This document shows positions 1 through 8,557 of a stretch of DNA of 25,163 bases, one piece after another. Origin of the DNA: Campylobacterota bacterium (lineage in GTDB: Bacteria; Campylobacterota; Campylobacteria; Campylobacterales; Sulfurimonadaceae); the NCBI GenBank assembly GCA_034661055.1, contig JAYEKO010000085.1, forward strand, positions 1 through 25,163, written 5' to 3'. The translations under genes were made by a program, and so were the position numbers. Numbering within the stretch: position 1 is the stretch's first letter; every line of letters starts with the position of its first letter. Below the pieces are notes generated by a model that ran no database searches, was not told the DNA's origin, and worked only from the letters and a program-made list of their open reading frames with translations.

Positions 1-2
1 TA

Positions 3-134
3 GGTTCACAATATTGTGATTATTTTGAAAGTCTTAGTGGGTATTATTACATAGAATCCGATGGACCTTATACGCTGCAGAGATATGATTGCTCTGGAGG
101 GGGTCAGATATTTATTGAGATGAGTATTAAATAA
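3..134 (+). CDS. 3' end of an unidentified ORF entering from the left edge (GSQYCDYFESLSGYYYIESDGPYTLQRYDCSGGGQIFIEMSIK*)
   Basis: Open frame from the window edge to TAA at 132-134, directly abutting the convergent mobA stop; no recognisable motif. Confidence 0.45.
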   Translation, partial: GSQYCDYFESLSGYYYIESDGPYTLQRYDCSGGGQIFIEMSIK

Positions 135-710
135 TTATGGCAGGGCATTTAAAGCCTCTTCATACTCATGAGGATAATTTAAGTTAGCAAAGGCTTTTTC
201 ATTCTCAAAGTTGACAAAATAGGTTTTAGACTCTTTAAGAAGTTTTCCTAAGCGGTGATTATCTTCTTGAAGCATACATGTAAATTTTGAGTGTAGAGAA
301 CGGTGATAAATACCGCACATGGGGTGCATTCCTTGTGCTGTTTTAGCAATAATTGCATCAAAATCAGGAGCATCACAATTAATGAGCTGTGTTATCTCAT
401 TTATGCCTACAAAGGGAGTGTCAACACTAAGTACAAAGACCTTCTCAGCACTTAGTCTATTAAAAAGAGCGACAAATCCTGCAGTTGGTGCAAACGTATC
501 AATACCTTTTGGATCTTCAATAATATTACATGTAAATGGTACTTTTTCACTACTCTTGGTTGAAATACTGACATATTTAAAAATCTTTTTCATACGTTCA
601 TATTGGTACTCTACAAGAGTATTGTAGTCTCCAAAGGGCAGGAGTGACTTATCGGTTCTCATACGTGAGCTTTTACCCCCCGCAAAGATAACGCAGTGCA
701 TATCAAACAT
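135..710 (-). CDS. mobA: Molybdenum cofactor guanylyltransferase
   Basis: N-terminal IFAGGKSSRMRTDKSLL motif, VLSVDTPFV, HPMCGIYH, FANLNYP; GGAG RBS upstream. Confidence 0.92.
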   Translation of the reverse strand: MFDMHCVIFAGGKSSRMRTDKSLLPFGDYNTLVEYQYERMKKIFKYVSISTKSSEKVPFTCNIIEDPKGIDTFAPTAGFVALFNRLSAEKVFVLSVDTPFVGINEITQLINCDAPDFDAIIAKTAQGMHPMCGIYHRSLHSKFTCMLQEDNHRLGKLLKESKTYFVNFENEKAFANLNYPHEYEEALNALP

Positions 711-719
711 ACTGTTCTC

Positions 720-1829
720 CTAGGACCATGAAATACATGTAATTTCTGCTTGAGAGCCCAAGCGCATTTTAGGGCCCCAAAAACCGATGCCACTATTAAC
801 GTAAATATGGCGATCTTTACCTAAGCTATGCAGACCTTTTAGATAAGGTTGTGCCAATTTTACTAAATAACCAAAGGGCCAAATCTGTCCACCATGAGTG
901 TGACCACTTAAAATTAGAGAAGGAGTGAATCCCTGCAAATAGTTTAGATATTTTGGCTGATGGACCAGAAGAATGGAGGGAGCATTTTTAGGAATATCTT
1001 GCATGGCAGCATTGATATCTGGCACATGATGTTCGGCCCGAAAACCAAAAATATCATAAACTCCGGCAATATAAAAGTTATCCACTTTAGCAGAGCTGTT
1101 TTCAAGTACATGTATATCTAAAGTTTTAAGATGCTCTATGGTGTCTTCAATGCCGTGAAAATACTCATGGTTGCCTACTACATAAAAGGTCCCAAAACGA
1201 CTTTTAAGGTTTTTAAGTTCATCTATTATCTCTGAAATGGTTGAGACGTGGGCATCACTCAAATCTCCAGTAATGGTGATGAGGTCAGGGCGAAGTGCAT
1301 TGATCTTTGCAACACTGCTTTTGACGAACTCTTTATCAATGAGTCCCCCAATATGCATATCGCTAATCTGTACAATAGTGTAGCTTTTTCCATTGAAACG
1401 GTTCTGTTTTACATTAATATGATTGATTACAGCTTCCTTGGAGCCTTCATATACACCTGCACCAAGATAAGCACTCCCTAGAGCTAAAAATCCTAGGTCG
1501 CTGCTGCGTTTAAAAAAAGCACGTTTTTCTGTTTTAAAGGGAGTGTTTCTTTGAATTACATGTAAAATTTCATAGAGAATAGTTCCAATAAAGATTACAA
1601 ACCCCACACCAATACTAAGCGATAGTAAAAAATAGAGCTCTTTTGGCGGATTAAAAGTGTAGCGACTAAGGAGATAACCGGCAATTCCCAGCATATTTAC
1701 ATGCAAAAAAAACTTGAGGTAGCCTTTAGTTTTAGAATTTACATGTAGATGTTTTACTACCCGAGTGTAACCTAAGTAGTGTACCATTGCAAAAAAGATA
1801 GTTACAATTAACGGAAATAATATATTCAT
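720..1829 (-). CDS. Membrane-anchored calcineurin-like metallophosphoesterase (YkuE/YaeI-like)
   Basis: Motifs SDMH, TGDL, GNHEYFHG, HQP, SGHTHGGQI, GIGFWGPKMRLG; N-terminal hydrophobic helices. Confidence 0.9.
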   Translation of the reverse strand: MNILFPLIVTIFFAMVHYLGYTRVVKHLHVNSKTKGYLKFFLHVNMLGIAGYLLSRYTFNPPKELYFLLSLSIGVGFVIFIGTILYEILHVIQRNTPFKTEKRAFFKRSSDLGFLALGSAYLGAGVYEGSKEAVINHINVKQNRFNGKSYTIVQISDMHIGGLIDKEFVKSSVAKINALRPDLITITGDLSDAHVSTISEIIDELKNLKSRFGTFYVVGNHEYFHGIEDTIEHLKTLDIHVLENSSAKVDNFYIAGVYDIFGFRAEHHVPDINAAMQDIPKNAPSILLVHQPKYLNYLQGFTPSLILSGHTHGGQIWPFGYLVKLAQPYLKGLHSLGKDRHIYVNSGIGFWGPKMRLGSQAEITCISWS

Positions 1830-1908
1830 TTAGTGATTGTAACTAAAGAAGTCTAATGGATTTTAAAAGCTTGATTATGAGAAATATCTTGTTAATGCAA
1901 GAAGTCTA

Positions 1909-2196
1909 TTGCATACTGGGCATAAACTATTTTTGAGCTCTAAAGTTATCATTAATCGTGGCGAGCGAGATGGTGTGAAAGTGGGCACAACATTTAATGT
2001 TGGAGAGGTTGAAGAGTTGGTTGATCCAGATACTGGCAAAAAGCTTCAAAAGCTTCTTGTAAGAAGAGGAGGTAGTTATGCTACCTACACATTGACACAT
2101 AGTGAAGCTCGAGAAGTTATGAAAGATGTGAGACTATATAACCGTACACGACTTAAAATGATGGAAAACGCTAATACAGTAGTTATAACAAAATAA
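1909..2196 (+). pseudogene. Probable gene remnant; first half resembles the C-terminal beta domain of CsgG/FlgT-like proteins
   Basis: VIINRGERDGVKVGTTFNV..ELVDPDTGK motif; weak TTG start without a clear RBS; too short for a full protein of that family. Confidence 0.45.
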
Positions 2197-2228
2197 CTAC
2201 TGCTTTTTTTAAATAGTATGGGAAAAAT

Positions 2229-3494
2229 TTAGTAGTTAGCAGGATTGGCGATAACTCCGGCAATAGCAGAAGCAGCCGCAACAGCTGAGTTTGCCAAATA
2301 AACTTTTGAACTACGGCTTCCCATACGTCCTACAAAGTTACGGTTCGTGGTAGAAACCGCTACTTCATTGTCACCTAAAATTCCCATGTATCCGCCAAGA
2401 CAGGCACCACATGTTGGGTTAGAGACCACGCCACCGGCATCAATAATAATGTCAATATAGCCTAAGTGACTCGCTTCACGTAAAATACGCTGTGTTCCCG
2501 GAGTGACGATGAGACGAACATCCTCATGAACACGTTTACCTTTAAGAATCTCAGCCGCAATTTTCAGGTCTGAAAGACGACCATTGGTACAACTTCCAAT
2601 AAATGCCTGATCAATTTTAATCTCATCTGAGACCGCTTGAGTCAGGCTGTGCCCATTACTCGGTAAGAATGGGTAAGCAATAACCGGCTCTAATGCCGCC
2701 ACATCAATTTCAAGAGTTTTCACATAAGTAGCATCATCATCTGAGTAGTGAATTTTAGGCTCACGAGCCAGTGGTTTGTCTTTTAAAAACTCTGCTGTAA
2801 TCTCATCATAAGCAACAATACCACTTTTTGCGCCCGCTTCAATCGCCATGTTACACATTGAGAAACGGTCATCCATTGTTAGATGCTCTATGGTGCTACC
2901 GGTAAACTCTAAGGTCTGATACAGCGCACCATCAACACCAATCATTCTAATAATCTCGAGAATAATATCTTTACCTGTAGTAAACTCACCCGGCTTTCCA
3001 AAGAGCACTACTTTAATAGATTCAGGAACCTTAAACCAGTTGCCGCCGCTAATCATAGCAAAGGCTAAGTCGGTTGAACCCATACCCGTAGAAAATGCTC
3101 CAAGTGCACCGTGAGTACAGGTGTGTGAATCAGCACCGATGATGACATCACCAGGAACCACTAAGCCCTTTTCAGGAAGTAGTGCATGTTCAATTCCCAT
3201 ATCTTTTTCATCAAAAAAGTTTTTTAAATTATGCTTTTTTGCAAAATCACGACTAATACGGGCTTGATTTGCCGAGGCTATATCTTTAGCTGGAATAAAG
3301 TGGTCAAGAACAATTGAAAAGCCATCCGGATTAGCAAGGCTCTCAGCTCCACTATCTTCAAATGCCTTAATTGAAATAGGTGTTGTAATATCGTTACCGA
3401 TAACCATATCGATATTTGAGCGAATAATCTCACCCGCAAACACATCGTGTCCGACGTGTTCAGAAAAGATTTTTTCCGTAATGGTTTGTCCCAT
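2229..3494 (-). CDS. leuC: 3-isopropylmalate dehydratase large subunit (short, homoaconitase-like LeuC type)
   Basis: GADSHTCTHGALG, IGSCTNGR, PTCGACLGG and STTNRNFVGRMG aconitase-family Fe-S motifs; AAGGA RBS. Confidence 0.92.
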   Translation of the reverse strand: MGQTITEKIFSEHVGHDVFAGEIIRSNIDMVIGNDITTPISIKAFEDSGAESLANPDGFSIVLDHFIPAKDIASANQARISRDFAKKHNLKNFFDEKDMGIEHALLPEKGLVVPGDVIIGADSHTCTHGALGAFSTGMGSTDLAFAMISGGNWFKVPESIKVVLFGKPGEFTTGKDIILEIIRMIGVDGALYQTLEFTGSTIEHLTMDDRFSMCNMAIEAGAKSGIVAYDEITAEFLKDKPLAREPKIHYSDDDATYVKTLEIDVAALEPVIAYPFLPSNGHSLTQAVSDEIKIDQAFIGSCTNGRLSDLKIAAEILKGKRVHEDVRLIVTPGTQRILREASHLGYIDIIIDAGGVVSNPTCGACLGGYMGILGDNEVAVSTTNRNFVGRMGSRSSKVYLANSAVAAASAIAGVIANPANY

Positions 3495-3526
3495 TAAAAA
3501 GTCCTTACATGTAAATAATTACGCGA

Positions 3527-3532
3527 ATTATA
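3527..3532 (-). promoter_or_regulatory. Putative sigma70 -10 box (TATAAT) for leuC
   Basis: Perfect TATAAT about 33 nt upstream of the leuC ATG. Confidence 0.55.
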
Positions 3533-3754
3533 GCTAATTTTTTTAAAAATATTTACAGGAATATAAGTACGTATAAAACCTCTTTTTCATCTACTAGTGT
3601 CATTATCAAGTTTTCAAAAGTTTTTTTACTATATATAGCAAAAAAGAGCGATGAGTATTGTTTGAACTGTTGGTTAAACTTGAATAACCGTGACTACATA
3701 GAGATAGTTTAATATTATCAAATAATAATTATTTTCCTTTAAGCAAATTAAGAA

Positions 3755-3760
3755 TATAAT
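3755..3760 (+). promoter_or_regulatory. Putative sigma70 -10 box (TATAAT) for the rubrerythrin gene
   Basis: TATAAT about 36 nt upstream of the start; AAGGAG RBS at 3786-3791. Confidence 0.55.
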
Positions 3761-3796
3761 TTCTAATAGAAAAATATGATCGTTTAAGGAGAAGTG

Positions 3797-4456
3797 ATGA
3801 GACAGTATGAAACATATCGATGCAGTAAATGTGGTAATGAGATAGAGGTTCAAGAAGTGGGTGGGGGTGCTTTAGTTTGTTGTAATCAAGAGATGGAGTG
3901 TACTACTAAAAACCTTACTGCTGTTAACTTAATGAAAGCATTTGCCGGCGAGTCACAGGCACGAAATAAGTATGAGTTTTTTGCAGATGTAGCGATGCAA
4001 GAGGGCTTACATAGAATAGCAAGACATTTTCAAGAGGCAGCCAATAATGAAAAATATCACGCATTAGCAGAGTATAAAGCCTACAATAAACTTGTCAATA
4101 ATATTGAGTTAGACACGACAAAAAAGAATTTAACTTATGCTGCTGATGGTGAGCGTTATGAACATGAAGAGATGTATCCAAACTTTGCTGCTATTGCTAA
4201 AGAAGATGGCTTAGCAGATATTGCCAGACTTTTTAAAGCCATTGGAAAAGTAGAAGTTGAGCATGAAGCAGAATACTTAGCTCTAAAAGCAGCACTTGAT
4301 GCTGAAGGATTTTTTGACAGTGAAAACAGTGAAGAGTGGATATGTGAAGTGTGTGGTCATGTACACCGTGGTAAAAAGGCACCAAAGAGCTGTCCATTAT
4401 GTAAAGCTGACCAAGAGTATTTTAAGAAAAAATGCTCAGATGTGACTGCAGGGTAA
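3797..4456 (+). CDS. Desulforubrerythrin (desulforedoxin + rubrerythrin + rubredoxin-like domains; Campylobacter Rrc-like)
   Basis: N-terminal CSKCGN..CC, AFAGESQARNKY, EKYHA, GERYEHEEMYP, EVEH, C-terminal CEVCGH..CPLC; ATG 3797 chosen from RBS spacing (ORF track starts at GTG 3794). Confidence 0.9.
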   Translation: MRQYETYRCSKCGNEIEVQEVGGGALVCCNQEMECTTKNLTAVNLMKAFAGESQARNKYEFFADVAMQEGLHRIARHFQEAANNEKYHALAEYKAYNKLVNNIELDTTKKNLTYAADGERYEHEEMYPNFAAIAKEDGLADIARLFKAIGKVEVEHEAEYLALKAALDAEGFFDSENSEEWICEVCGHVHRGKKAPKSCPLCKADQEYFKKKCSDVTAG

Positions 4457-4479
4457 AGCTTCCTACAGTCTGTAATATT

Positions 4480-5259
4480 TTAACGCATCTGCTCTTTCAT
4501 CATCTTAGAGTAAAACTCTTTAGTGGTGGTTTTTTTGTAACCTTTTGGTATGGCAAAAAGGTTACTGTCAATTGATTTTTTAGAGATTAATGTCACTTCA
4601 GAGACTATCTGTGTTTGACCATAGCTCATATCTCGTGTACGCATTGGGAACCCTTTGTTCTCTAGGGGGTCTTGAGCATCACCGCTAGATTTCTGTATCT
4701 GCTTACCCATTTTAATCATCACGTTAATATCAATCTCTCTGCTCACAAGTTTGTCAACTTCTGGGCTTAGACACTCCTCTTCTTGAAACTGTTCAACCAT
4801 ATCGACAATAGAGTAAGTGTCACAACTATACCCTGCTACCTTAGCCGTTCCAGTTTTTTTAACAATAGGCTTAGGACGATCTTGCAGTTGGGGTTGAGCA
4901 TCCATACTCTGTTTCATTCGCTCAAGCATCATGGTAACTTGCGCCTCATCCATACCGCGTGCCAGCATCGCTTCCCTCATCTGCTGTTGCATCGCATTTT
5001 GCATATTTTTGGTTGTCTGACCGAGGTTTTTTGCGTAAGACTCCATGGAGTCCTGAAGATAGATTTTGTGTTGGTCTAAAATAACTGTAATCATCTGTTT
5101 TTTAGTATCAAAAATACTTTTACCCTCTGTTGAGACAACAAGCATTTTGCCATCTTTGTAATAAGTTTTTTCAATGTCGCCATCAGCATTGGAAGTAATT
5201 GTTAAATCGGCTAAAAGTGATGCCCCAAGTAAGGGAAGAATAAGTAAAGTTTTAAGCAT
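4480..5259 (-). CDS. Secreted DUF4412-like protein
   Basis: Signal peptide MLKTLLILPLLGASLLA; KKTGTAKVAGYSCDTY motif; C-terminal FAIPKGYK; AGGAG RBS. Confidence 0.7.
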   Translation of the reverse strand: MLKTLLILPLLGASLLADLTITSNADGDIEKTYYKDGKMLVVSTEGKSIFDTKKQMITVILDQHKIYLQDSMESYAKNLGQTTKNMQNAMQQQMREAMLARGMDEAQVTMMLERMKQSMDAQPQLQDRPKPIVKKTGTAKVAGYSCDTYSIVDMVEQFQEEECLSPEVDKLVSREIDINVMIKMGKQIQKSSGDAQDPLENKGFPMRTRDMSYGQTQIVSEVTLISKKSIDSNLFAIPKGYKKTTTKEFYSKMMKEQMR

Positions 5260-5351
5260 GTAAACTCCTGTGAAATTTATACCCTACGAGTATTTTACAC
5301 AATAGTTTAGCTAAAATGCTATTTAACAAAGATTTGGAGTGAATTTATAGA

Positions 5352-7067
5352 ATGAAAATGGTTATTTTTATGGCACTTTTGCTGGTGCTAAACTTACAAG
5401 CGACACAGCAGAGACCAACAGAGTTAGAACTTAAAAAGATGATAGGAAAAATGCTTATTGTAGGTTTTGATGGGCAGAGTGTTAAGCAAAACAGTGATAT
5501 ATACCGTTACATCAAAGAGTATGACCTTGGTGGTGTGATTTTGTTTGACAGAGATTACTATGCTAGAGATAAAACTAAAAATATTAAGAGTCCTAAGCAG
5601 CTGCAGGCGTTAACAGCACAGCTTCAGGCAATCTCACCAAGACCGCTGATTATCTCAGTTGATCAAGAAGGTGGAAAAGTGGCTCGTCTTAAAAGCAAAT
5701 ACGGCTTTAAAGCAACACCAAGTGCTTATGACATTGCCACTGAGCATAATGGAGCCTACGCTAAAAAGATGTACGATGAGTTAGCTAATGAATTACATGT
5801 AAATGGAATTACATGTAATTTTGCTCCAGTGGTTGATTTGGCTCTTAATCCAAAAAACAGAGTAATCTATCAGCTAAATCGTGCCTATTCAAAACAGGCT
5901 CCAAGTGTGGTGCGCTATGCTCAGATTTTTACGGATTCATTAAATGAACACGGTGTCATCAGTGTTCTTAAACACTTTCCTGGACACGGCTCTTCACTAG
6001 GTGATTCTCATGAAGGCTTTGTCGATGTCACTAAAACATGGAGTTCAAAAGAGCTAAAACCGTATGCGGAGCTTATTGAAAGAGATAAGGTCGATATGAT
6101 TATGACCGCCCATGTTTTCAATGCAAAACTCGACAAAAACTACCCAGCCACACTCTCACATAAGACCAATACTAAACTTTTAAGGGAGTATTTGGGTTAT
6201 GACGGTGTTATTGTTAGTGATGATTTGCAGATGAAAGCGATTGCCTCACAGTATGACCTTAAAGAGACCGTGACGTTGGCCATTAATTCAGGTGTAGATA
6301 TCTTACTTTTTGGTAACCAGTTGGCGCATCAAGATCTTCACAAGTTACTTGACGTCATTTATAAGCAAGTTAGAGCTAATAAAATTAAACTCTCTCGCAT
6401 TATAGAGTCCAATAAAAGAGTTGATACACTACTTAAAAAATTTTCTAAAATAGAGAGAATGGTTCAAAAGCCGATTGACTTTACTCCTAAGCGAGTAGCA
6501 ATGACAAAAGAGTACATCCGTACACATTACGATCTAAACGTGACTAATATTGTCATTGAGCCTAAAAGCATTGTTCTTCACTGGACTGCTATTATGGATG
6601 CAAATGAGTCGTATGCACGACTTAAAAGAGATACCCTCTTTACCGATAGAGAAGATATTGCAGCGGCAAGTCTTTTAAATGTCTCTGCTCATTTTTTAGT
6701 TGAGCGTGACGGCACCATTAATCAGCTTATGCCCGATAACTTCATGGCACGTCATGTAATTGGTCTGAATTACTCTAGTATTGGCGTAGAGAATGTGGGT
6801 GGGCAGAATAATGAGAACGAGGATCTGACTCAAGCTCAAGTTGATGCCAATGTGGAGTTGATACGACACCTTAAGCAGAAGTATCCTGACATTGAGTATC
6901 TAATTGGACATCATGAGTACCGTGCAATGGAGCAGACTTCGTTGTGGCTTGAAAAAGATGATGGGTACCGTACTGTTAAAAAAGATCCTGGTGAAAAGTT
7001 TATGAAAGCCGTTCGAAGCCGACTCAAAGACCTTGGATTTAAAAAAGCTCCAAAAGTGATGCATTGA
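5352..7067 (+). CDS. nagZ: Exported GH3 beta-N-acetylglucosaminidase (NagZ) fused to an Amidase_2 N-acetylmuramoyl-L-alanine amidase
   Basis: Signal peptide; GGVILF, VDQEGGKVARL, KHFPGHGSSLGDSH (NagZ signature), SDDLQM; C-terminal IVLHWTA, VSAHFLVERDG, ARHVIGLNYSSIGVEN, IGHHE, KDPG. Confidence 0.9.
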   Translation: MKMVIFMALLLVLNLQATQQRPTELELKKMIGKMLIVGFDGQSVKQNSDIYRYIKEYDLGGVILFDRDYYARDKTKNIKSPKQLQALTAQLQAISPRPLIISVDQEGGKVARLKSKYGFKATPSAYDIATEHNGAYAKKMYDELANELHVNGITCNFAPVVDLALNPKNRVIYQLNRAYSKQAPSVVRYAQIFTDSLNEHGVISVLKHFPGHGSSLGDSHEGFVDVTKTWSSKELKPYAELIERDKVDMIMTAHVFNAKLDKNYPATLSHKTNTKLLREYLGYDGVIVSDDLQMKAIASQYDLKETVTLAINSGVDILLFGNQLAHQDLHKLLDVIYKQVRANKIKLSRIIESNKRVDTLLKKFSKIERMVQKPIDFTPKRVAMTKEYIRTHYDLNVTNIVIEPKSIVLHWTAIMDANESYARLKRDTLFTDREDIAAASLLNVSAHFLVERDGTINQLMPDNFMARHVIGLNYSSIGVENVGGQNNENEDLTQAQVDANVELIRHLKQKYPDIEYLIGHHEYRAMEQTSLWLEKDDGYRTVKKDPGEKFMKAVRSRLKDLGFKKAPKVMH

Positions 7068-8554
7068 TACAGAGTGGTTTTGCCACCTTAGATTGGCTTG
7101 TTTTTGCAGCGTACTTTCTAATGTTAGCGATTACTTCTTTTATGCTTTCCCAAGGAAAAATTAGAAACTCTCGTGAGTATTTTGTGGGCGGCAACTCCAT
7201 GCCTATGTTGGCGGTTGCCCTCTCTGTTTTAGCAACGTCACAATCTGCCGCTACATTTTTAGGGGGTCCTGAATACTCCTACAGAAATGATTTGACCTTT
7301 TTAGGGTTCTATTTTTCAGCATTTTTGGCAGTTATATTTGTAGCTAAAGTACTAATTCCTCGTTTTTATGCCATTAAAGCAGTAACGGTGTATGAACTGC
7401 TTGAAATACGTTATGGCGAGAATGCAAAACGTCAGGCAGGAGTGATGTTTCTTATAGGACGACTCTTTGCTAGTGGTGCACGCCTCTACATTGGGGCACT
7501 TGCAGTCTCCATGATTTTGTTTAATGACATTACATTTTTACATGTAATTTATGCCATTAGCATTTTGATGATTGGTGCTTTGGCTTACACCTATTTTGGT
7601 GGTGTCAAATCGGTAATTTTTAGTGATATTATTCAAGCTATTACCTACATTGGAGCGGGTGTTGCGGTGCTTGTTTATCTTTACATGAGTTTAGATTACG
7701 ATATGAACAGCATCATAAGTATGTTAAGTGAACAAGAGAAGTTACGACTGATTGATTGGGAACTTAGCTTTTCATCAGAGGGAAAATTTAATATTTTTGG
7801 ACTACTTACTGGCTGGCTTCTTTTAAATATTGCTGCTTATGGACTCGATCAGGATATGACGCAAAGAGTCTTAAGCTGTAGAGATGCTAAAGCTGGACAG
7901 CGTTCACTCTACTACTCTATTGTTTTTACCATTCCTGTGGTCATGCTCTTTTTAGCCATTGGCCTACTGCTGTATCTATTTTACCAACAGCAAGAAGTTG
8001 TTCAAAATTTTAAAGGTGAGAATGTCACCATATTTATGTACTACATCTTAAATGAGATGCCAGATGGGCTTAGAGGGCTAGTCACTGTTGGAGCTGTTGC
8101 TGCTGCACTTTCAAGTACGAATTCTGTTTTGGGTGCCATGTCCTCTGTAGCAGTTGAAGATATTTACCGTCCTTTAAAAACAGAACAGGGTAGCGTTGAT
8201 GAAGCGCATTTTGTCAAAGCGGCACGTGTGGGGGTGCTGGCTTTTGCAGTGGCACTTTCACTTATGGCAATGCTGAGTTATATTGTTCATCAAGCCAGCG
8301 ATTTGCCACTACTGAGTTTTGCTCTGGGTGTAATGGCCTTTGCCTACTCTGGACTTTTAGGAGTCTATTTTTCTGCACTATTTACATCACGAGGTAGTGA
8401 AAAAAGTGTTCTGTTGGCTCTTATTAGCGGCTTTGTTACAGTACTGTCGCTTCAGCCCTATGTTTTTGGAGCCAACATCGGTTTTGCGTGGCAAATTGTA
8501 ATTGGAACTATTGTCTCTTTTGCTACCGCACAGTTAAAAAGCAGTGCAAAGTAG
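7064..8554 (+). CDS. Sodium:solute symporter (SSS family)
   Basis: EYFVGG, ATSQSAATFLGGP, YTYFGGVKSVIFSDIIQ, DQDMTQRVL, AAALSS; many TM segments; TTG start overlaps the nagZ stop. Confidence 0.9.
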   Translation: MIQSGFATLDWLVFAAYFLMLAITSFMLSQGKIRNSREYFVGGNSMPMLAVALSVLATSQSAATFLGGPEYSYRNDLTFLGFYFSAFLAVIFVAKVLIPRFYAIKAVTVYELLEIRYGENAKRQAGVMFLIGRLFASGARLYIGALAVSMILFNDITFLHVIYAISILMIGALAYTYFGGVKSVIFSDIIQAITYIGAGVAVLVYLYMSLDYDMNSIISMLSEQEKLRLIDWELSFSSEGKFNIFGLLTGWLLLNIAAYGLDQDMTQRVLSCRDAKAGQRSLYYSIVFTIPVVMLFLAIGLLLYLFYQQQEVVQNFKGENVTIFMYYILNEMPDGLRGLVTVGAVAAALSSTNSVLGAMSSVAVEDIYRPLKTEQGSVDEAHFVKAARVGVLAFAVALSLMAMLSYIVHQASDLPLLSFALGVMAFAYSGLLGVYFSALFTSRGSEKSVLLALISGFVTVLSLQPYVFGANIGFAWQIVIGTIVSFATAQLKSSAK

Positions 8555-8557
8555 CTG

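Noticed and set aside
319..627. Antisense or alternate-frame ORFs in the track (319-627, 1248-1481, 4783-5079, 9365-9583, 10902-11093, 12037-12417, 12456-12761, 13785-14111, 15864-16094, 17028-17219, 19662-19847, 19888-20115, 20786-20980, 22162-22359, 24074-24286)
   Set aside because: They overlap well-supported genes and show no recognisable motifs; shadow ORFs
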